A stretch of DNA of 64,000 nt from Eledone cirrhosa (taxonomy: Eukaryota). The stretch is taken from contig OZ024758.1 in NCBI GenBank assembly GCA_964016885.1, positions 34,348,001 to 34,412,000 of the forward strand, read 5' to 3'. A program made the position numbers and the translations under genes. Under the pieces are notes generated by a model. That model ran no database searches, was not told the origin of the DNA, and worked only from the letters and a program-made list of their open reading frames with translations. Positions within the stretch are counted from its first letter, which is position 1; each line of letters begins with the position of its first letter. Below are positions 56,501 to 64,000 of this stretch, in pieces.

Positions 56501-59500
56501 ATTCATTTAAGTTCATGGTACTAGCTGTCAGAAGTAACTCCAATGTTGGTGAGAATTCATTTAAGTTCGTGGTATTAGCTGTCAGAAGTAACTCCACTGT
56601 TGGTGAGAATTCATTTAAGTTCATGGTATTAGCTGTCAGAAGTAACTCCACTGTTGGTGAGAATTCATTTAAGTTCATGGTATTAGCTGTCAGAAGTAAC
56701 TCCACTGTTGGTGAGAATTCATTTAAGTTCATGGTATTAGCTGTCAGAAGGAACTCCAATGTTGGTGAGAATTCATTTAAGTCATGGTACTAGCTGTCAG
56801 AAGTAACTCCACTGTTGGTGAGAATTCATTTAAGTTCATGGTATTAGCTGTCAGAAGGAACGCCACAGTTCGTGAGAATTCATTTAAGTTCATGGTATTA
56901 GCTGTCAGAAGTAACTCCACTGTTGGTGAGAATTCATTTAAGTTCATGGTACTAGCTGTCAGAAGTAACTCCAATGTTGGTGAGAATTCATTTAAGTTCA
57001 TGGTATTAGCTGTCAGAAGGAACTCCACTGTTGGTGAGAATTCATTTAAGTTCATGGTATTAGCTGTCAGAAGTAACTCCACTGTTGGTGAGAATTCATT
57101 TAAGTCATGGTATTAGCTGTCAGAAGTAACTCCATTGTTGGTGAGAATTCATTTAAGTCATGGTACTAGCTATCAGAAGTAACTCCACTGTTGGTGAGAA
57201 TTCATTTAAGCTCATGGTATTAGCTGTCAGAAGGAACTCCACTGTTGGTGAGAATTCATTTAAGTTCATGGTACTAGCTCTCAGAAGTAACTCCACTGTT
57301 GGTGAGAATTCATTTAAGTTCATGGTATCAGTTTGTCAGAAGTAACTCCACTGTTGGTGAGAATTCATTTAAGTCATGGTATTAGTTGTCATAAGTAACT
57401 CCAATGTTGGTGAGAATTCATTTAAGTCATGGTACTAGCTGTCAGAAGTAACTCCAATGTTGGTGAGGATTCATTTAAGTTCATGGTATTAGTTTGTCAG
57501 AAGTAACTCCACTGTTGGTGAGAATTCATTTAAGTCATGGTATTAGTTGTCAGAAGTAACTCCAATGTTGGTGAGAATTCATTTAAGTCATGGTACTAGC
57601 TGTCAGAAGTAACTCCACTGTTGGTGAGAATTCATTTAAGTTCATGGTACTAGCTGTCAGAAGTAACTCCACTGTTGGTGAGAATTCATTTAAGTCATGG
57701 TACTAGCTGTCAGAAGTAACTCCACTGTTGGTGAGAATTCATTTAAGTTCATGGTATTAGCTGTCAGAAGGAACGCCACTGTTGGTGAGAATTCATTTAA
57801 GTTCATGGTATTAGCTGTCAGAAGTAACTCCACTGTTGGTGAGAATTCATTTAAGTTCATGGTACTAGCTGTCAGAAGTAACTCCAATGTTGGTGAGAAT
57901 TCATTTAAGTTCGTGGTATTAGCTGTCAGAAGTAACTCCACTGTTGGTGAGAATTCATTTAAGTTCATGGTATTAGCTGTCAGAAGTAACTCCACTGTTG
58001 GTGAGAATTCATTTAAGTTCATGGTATTAGCTGTCAGAAGGAACGCCACTGTTGGTGAGAATTCATTTAAGTTCATGGTATTAGCTGTCAGAAGGAACTC
58101 CAATGTTGGTGAGAATTCATTTAAGTCATGGTACTAGCTGTCAGAAGTAACTCCACTGTTGGTGAGAATTCATTTAAGTTCATGGTATTAGCTGTCAGAA
58201 GGAACGCCACAGTTGGTGAGAATTCATTTAAGTACATGGTATTAGCTGTCAGAAGTAACTCCACTGTTGGTGAGAATTCATTTAAGTTCATGGTACTAGC
58301 TGTCAGAAGTAACTCCAATGTTGGTGAGAATTCATTTAAGTTCATGGTATTAGCTGTCAGAAGGAACTCCACTGTTGGTGAGAATTCATTTAAGTTCATG
58401 GTATTAGCTGTCAGAAGTAACTCCACTGTTGGTGAGAATTCATTTAAGTCATGGTATTAGCTGTCAGAAGTAACTCCATTGTTGGTGAGAATTCATTTAA
58501 GTCATGGTACTAGCTATCAGAAGTAACTCCACTGTTGGTGAGAATTCATTTAAGTTCATGGTATTAGCTGTCAGAAGGAACTCCACTGTTGGTGAGAATT
58601 CATTTAAGTTCATGGTACTAGCTGTCAGAAGTAACTCCACTGTTGGTGAGAATTCATTTAAGTTCATGGTATTAGCTGTCAGAAGGAACTCCACTGTTGG
58701 TGAGAATTCATTTAAGTCATGGTATTAGTTGTCATAAGTAACTCCAATGTTGGTGAGAATTCATTTAAGTCATGGTACTAGCTGTCAGAAGTAACTCCAA
58801 TGTTGGTGAGGATTCATTTAAGTTCATGGTATTAGCTGTCAGAAGTAACTCCACTGTTGGTGAGAATTCATTTAAGTTCATGGTACTAGCTGTCAGAAGT
58901 AACTCCAATGTTGGTGAGAATTCATTTAAGTTCATGGTATTAGCTGTCAGAAGGAACTCCACTGTTGGTGAGAATTCATTTAAGTTCATGGTATTAGCTG
59001 TCAGAAGTAACTCCACTGTTGGTGAGAATTCATTTAAGTTCATGGTACTAGCTGTCAGAAGTAACTCCAATGTTGTTGAGAATTCATTTAAGTTCATGGT
59101 ATTAGCTGTCAGAAGTAACTCCACTGTTGGTGAGAATTCATTTAAGTTCATGGTACTAGCTGTCAGAAGTAACTCCACTGTTGGTGAGAATTCATTTAAG
59201 TTCATGGTACTAGCTGTCAGAAGTAAGTCCACTGTTGGTGAGAATTCATTTAAGTTCATGGTACTAGCTGTCAGAAGTAACTCCAATGTTGGTGAGAATT
59301 CATTTAAGTTCATGGTATTAGCTGTCAGAAGTAACTCCACTGTTGGTGAGAATTCATTTAAGTCATGGTATTAGCTGTCAGAAGTAACTCCATTGTTGGT
59401 GAGAATTCATTTAAGTCATGGTACTAGCTATCAGAAGTAACTCCACTGTTGGTGAGAATTCATTTAAGTTCATGGTATTAGCTGTCAGAAGGAACTCCAC

Positions 59501-62500
59501 TGTTGGTGAGAATTCATTTAAGTTCATGGTACTAGCTGTCAGAAGTAACTCCACTGTTGGTGAGAATTCATTTAAGTTCATGGTATTAGTTTGTCAGAAG
59601 TAACTCCACTGTTGGTGAGAATTCATTTAAGTCATGGTATTAGTTGTCATAAGTAACTCCAATGTTGGTGAGAATTCATTTAAGTCATGGTACTAGCTGT
59701 CAGAAGTAACTCCAATGTTGGTGAGGATTCATTTAAGTTCATGGTATTAGCTGTCAGAAGGAACTCCGCTGTTGGTAAGAATTCATTTAAGTTCATGGTA
59801 TTAGCTGTCAGAAGTAACTCCACTGTTGGTGAGAATTCATTTAAGTTCATGGTACTAGCTGTCAGAAGTAACTCCAATGTTGGTGAGAATTCATTTAAGT
59901 TCATGGTATTAGTTTGTCAGAAGTAACTCCACTGTTGGTGAGAATTCATTTAAGTCATGGTATTAGTTGTCAGAAGTAACTCCAATGTTGGTGAGAATTC
60001 ATTTAAGTTCATGGTATTAGCTGTCAGAAGTAACTCCACTGTTGGTGAGAATTCATTTAAGTTCATGGTACTAGCTGTCAGAAGTAACTCCACTGTTGGT
60101 GAGAATTCATTTAAGTCATGGTACTAGCTGTCAGAAGTAACTCCACTGTTGGTGAGAATTCATTTAAGTTCATGGTATTAGCTGTCAGAAGGAACGCCAC
60201 TGTTGGTGAGAATTCATTTAAGTTCATGGTATTAGCTGTCAGAAGTAACTCCACTGTTGGTGAGAATTCATTTAAGTTCATGGTACTAGCTGTCAGAAGT
60301 AACTCCAATGTTGGTGAGAATTCATTTAAGTTCGTGGTATTAGCTGTCAGAAGTAACTCCACTGTTGGTGAGAATTCATTTAAGTTCATGGTATTAGCTG
60401 TCAGAAGTAACTCCACTGTTGGTGAGAATTCATTTAAGTTCATGGTATTAGCTGTCAGAAGTAACTCCACTGTTGGTGAGAATTCATTTAAGTTCATGGT
60501 ATTAGCTGTCAGAAGGAACTCCAATGTTGGTGAGAATTCATTTAAGTCATGGTACTAGCTGTCAGAAGTAACTCCACTGTTGGTGAGAATTCATTTAAGT
60601 TCATGGTATTAGCTGTCAGAAGGAACGCCACAGTTCGTGAGAATTCATTTAAGTTCATGGTATTAGCTGTCAGAAGTAACTCCACTGTTGGTGAGAATTC
60701 ATTTAAGTTCATGGTACTAGCTGTCAGAAGTAACTCCAATGTTGGTGAGAATTCATTTAAGTTCATGGTATTAGCTGTCAGAAGGAACTCCACTGTTGGT
60801 GAGAATTCATTTAAGTTCATGGTATTAGCTGTCAGAAGTAACTCCACTGTTGGTGAGAATTCATTTAAGTCATGGTATTAGCTGTCAGAAGTAACTCCAT
60901 TGTTGGTGAGAATTCATTTAAGTCATGGTACTAGCTATCAGAAGTAACTCCACTGTTGGTGAGAATTCATTTAAGCTCATGGTATTAGCTGTCAGAAGGA
61001 ACTCCACTGTTGGTGAGAATTCATTTAAGTTCATGGTACTAGCTCTCAGAAGTAACTCCACTGTTGGTGAGAATTCATTTAAGTTCATGGTATCAGTTTG
61101 TCAGAAGTAACTCCACTGTTGGTGAGAATTCATTTAAGTCATGGTATTAGTTGTCATAAGTAACTCCAATGTTGGTGAGAATTCATTTAAGTCATGGTAC
61201 TAGCTGTCAGAAGTAACTCCAATGTTGGTGAGGATTCATTTAAGTTCATGGTATTAGTTTGTCAGAAGTAACTCCACTGTTGGTGAGAATTCATTTAAGT
61301 CATGGTATTAGTTGTCAGAAGTAACTCCAATGTTGGTGAGAATTCATTTAAGTCATGGTACTAGCTGTCAGAAATAACTCCAATGTTGGTGAGAATTCAT
61401 TTAAGTTCATGGTATTAGCTGTCAGAAGTAACTCCACTGTTGGTGAGAATTCATTTAAGTTCATGGTATTAGCTGTCAGAAGTAACTCCACTGTTGGTGA
61501 GAATTCATTTAAGTTCATGGTATTAGCTGTCAGAAGTAACTCCACTGTTGGTGAGAATTCATTTAAGTTCATGGTATTAGCTGTCAGAAGGAACTCCAAT
61601 GTTGGTGAGAATTCATTTAAGTCATGGTACTAGCTGTCAGAAGTAACTCCACTGTTGGTGAGAATTCATTTAAGTTCATGGTATTAGCTGTCAGAAGGAA
61701 CGGCACTGTTGGTGAGAATTCATTTAAGTTCATGGTATTAGCTGTCAGAAGTAACTCCACTGTTGGTGAGAATTCATTTAAGTTCATGGTACTAGCTGTC
61801 AGAAGTAACTCCAATGTTGTTGAGAATTCATTTAAGTTCATGGTATTAGCTGTCAGAAGTAACTCCACTGTTGGTGAGAATTCATTTAAGTTCATGGTAC
61901 TAGCTGTCAGAAGTAACTCCACTGTTGGTGAGAATTCATTTAAGTTCATGGTACTAGCTGTCAGAAGTAAGTCCACTGTTGGTGACAATTCATTTAAGTT
62001 CATGGTACTAGCTGTCAGAAGTAACTCCAATGTTGGTGAGAATTCATTTAAGTTCATGGTATTAGCTGTCAGAAGTAACTCCACTGTTGGTGAGAATTCA
62101 TTTAAGTTCATGGTACTAGCTGTCAGAAGTAACTCCACTGTTGGTGAGAATTCATTTAAGTTCATGGTATTAGCTGTCAGAAGTCACTCCAATGTTGGTG
62201 AGAATTCATTTAAGTTCATGGTATTAGCTGTCAGAAGTCACTCCACTGTTGGTGAGAATTCATTTAAGTTCATGGTACTAGCTGTCAGAAGTAACCCCAA
62301 TGTTGGTGAGAATTCATTTAAGTTCATGGTATTAGCTGTCAGAAGTCACTCCAATGTTGGTGAGAATTCATTTAAGTTCATGGTATTAGCTGTCAGAAGT
62401 AACTCCACTGTTGGTGAGAATTCATTTAAGTTCATGGTACTAGCTGTCAGAAGTAACTCCAATGTTGGTGAGAATTCATTTAAGTTCATGGTATTAGTTT

Positions 62501-64000
62501 GTCAGAAGTAACTCCACTGTTGGTGAGAATTCATTTAAGTCATGGTATTAGTTGTCAGAAGTAACTCCAATGTTGGTGAGAATTCATTTAAGTTCATGGT
62601 ATTAGCTGTCAGAAGTAACTCCACTGTTGGTGAGAATTCATTTAAGTTCATGGTACTAGCTGTCAGAAGTAACTCCACTGTTGGTGAGAATTCATTTAAG
62701 TCATGGTACTAGCTGTCAGAAGTAACTCCACTGTTGGTGAGAATTCATTTAAGTTCATGGTATTAGCTGTCAGAAGGAACGCCACTGTTGGTGAGAATTC
62801 ATTTAAGTTCATGGTATTAGCTGTCAGAAGTAACTCCACTGTTGGTGAGAATTCATTTAAGTTCATGGTACTAGCTGTCAGAAGTAACTCCAATGTTGGT
62901 GAGAATTCATTTAAGTTCGTGGTATTAGCTGTCAGAAGTAACTCCACTGTTGGTGAGAATTCATTTAAGTTCATGGTATTAGCTGTCAGAAGTAACTCCA
63001 CTGTTGGTGAGAATTCATTTAAGTTCATGGTATTAGCTGTCAGAAGTAACTCCACTGTTGGTGAGAATTCATTTAAGTTCATGGTATTAGCTGTCAGAAG
63101 GAACTCCAATGTTGGTGAGAATTCATTTAAGTCATGGTACTAGCTGTCAGAAGTAACTCCACTGTTGGTGAGAATTCATTTAAGTTCATGGTATTAGCTG
63201 TCAGAAGGAACGCCACAGTTGGTGAGAATTCATTTAAGTACATGGTATTAGCTGTCAGAAGTAACTCCACTGTTGGTGAGAATTCATTTAAGTTCATGGT
63301 ACTAGCTGTCAGAAGTAACTCCAATGTTGGTGAGAATTCATTTAAGTTCATGGTATTAGCTGTCTGAAGGAACTCCACTGTTGGTGAGAATTCATTTAAG
63401 TTCATGGTATTAGCTGTCAGAAGTAACTCCACTGTTGGTGAGAATTCATTTAAGTCATGGTATTAGCTGTCAGGAGTAACTCCATTGTTGGTGAGAATTC
63501 ATTTAAGTCATGGTACTAGCTATCAGAAGTAACTCCACTGTTGGTGAGAATTCATTTAAGTTCATGGTATTAGCTGTCAGAAGGAACTCCACTGTTGGTG
63601 AGAATTCATTTAAGTTCATGGTACTAGCTGTCAGAAGTAACTCCACTGTTGGTGAGAATTCATTTAAGTTCATGGTATTAGCTGTCAGAAGGAACTCCAC
63701 TGTTGGTGAGAATTCATTTAAGTCATGGTATTAGTTGTCATAAGTAACTCCAATGTTGGTGAGAATTCATTTAAGTCATGGTACTAGCTGTCAGAAGTAA
63801 CTCCAATGTTGGTGAGGATTCATTTAAGTTCATGGTATTAGCTGTCAGAAGTAACTCCACTGTTGGTGAGAATTCATTTAAGTTCATGGTACTAGCTGTC
63901 AGAAGTAACTCCAATGTTGGTGAGAATTCATTTAAGTTCATGGTATTAGCTGTCAGAAGGAACTCCACTGTTGGTGAGAATTCATTTAAGTTCATGGTAT
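50530..64000. repeat. 5006-bp (93-monomer) higher-order repeat, interrupted by a nested 3765-bp duplication
   Basis: Offset 5006 at 50647/55653, 50916/55922, 51347/56353, 51778/56784 and 52154/57160. Offset 8771 (5006+3765) at 52584/61355, 52853/61624, 53932/62703, 54363/63134 and 54739/63510. Confidence 0.9.
53835..61370. repeat. Near-identical tandem duplication of a 3765-bp (70-monomer) unit
   Basis: Constant 3765 offset for nine consecutive ORF landmarks from 53932/57697 to 57160/60925. Private variants AAGTACATG, CAGTTCGTGAG and AAGCTCATG occur in both copies. Confidence 0.94.

Larger units (their letters stand above)
1..64000. repeat. 54-bp tandem satellite DNA array, about 1,190 head-to-tail monomers, extending beyond both window ends
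   Basis: The unit TGTCAGAAGTAACTCCACTGTTGGTGAGAATTCATTTAAGTTCATGGTAYTAGC recurs at positions 1, 55, 109 and onward to the window end. Most units differ from consensus by 0-3 changes. Common variants are GTAC/GTAT, CCACT/CCAAT and a 1-bp deletion AAGTTCAT>AAGTCAT. Mean unit length from duplication offsets is about 53.8 bp (e.g. 3765 bp / 70 units). Confidence 0.99.

Noticed and set aside
44-63995. The many ORFs of 61-362 aa on both strands as protein-coding genes
   Set aside because: All are translations of the 18-codon monomer. Starts and stops are set by recurrent indels and point variants, with no unique domain or gene context.
1-64000. CRISPR array
   Set aside because: There are no unique spacers. 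The whole 54-bp unit is repeated, and no cas genes or leader are present.
1-64000. Telomeric repeat, rDNA/5S, tRNA, spliced-leader or snRNA tandem gene array
   Set aside because: There is no G-rich telomere unit, cloverleaf, A/B box or recognisable RNA sequence. The unit is too short for these gene arrays.
1-64000. Order of variant monomers as an information-bearing code
   Set aside because: The order is adequately explained by nested duplication history. Nothing in the sequence indicates a readout mechanism.

Overview
The whole 64 kb window is one uninterrupted head-to-tail tandem satellite array of a 54-bp monomer, consensus TGTCAGAAGTAACTCCACTGTTGGTGAGAATTCATTTAAGTTCATGGTAYTAGC (about 37-39% GC, one EcoRI site per unit). 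It holds roughly 1,190 copies and runs off both ends of the window. I saw no unique sequence, inversion, transposon, RNA gene, CRISPR array or credible protein-coding gene. All listed ORFs arise because 54 bp equals 18 codons and one frame on each strand lacks a stop. The informative signal is the ordering of monomer variants. It shows nested higher-order duplications (offsets 323, 808, 1235, 1559, 1994, 2369, 2479, 3554, 3765, 4039, 5006, about 5760-7101 and about 16,860 bp), recurring multi-monomer cassettes, a coupled +1/-1 indel monomer, and left-to-right turnover of diagnostic variants. This fits a eukaryotic satellite evolving by unequal exchange. I found no evidence for a new gene-encoded system. 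Duplication boundaries were estimated by eye and from ORF-track offsets and are approximate to about one monomer.
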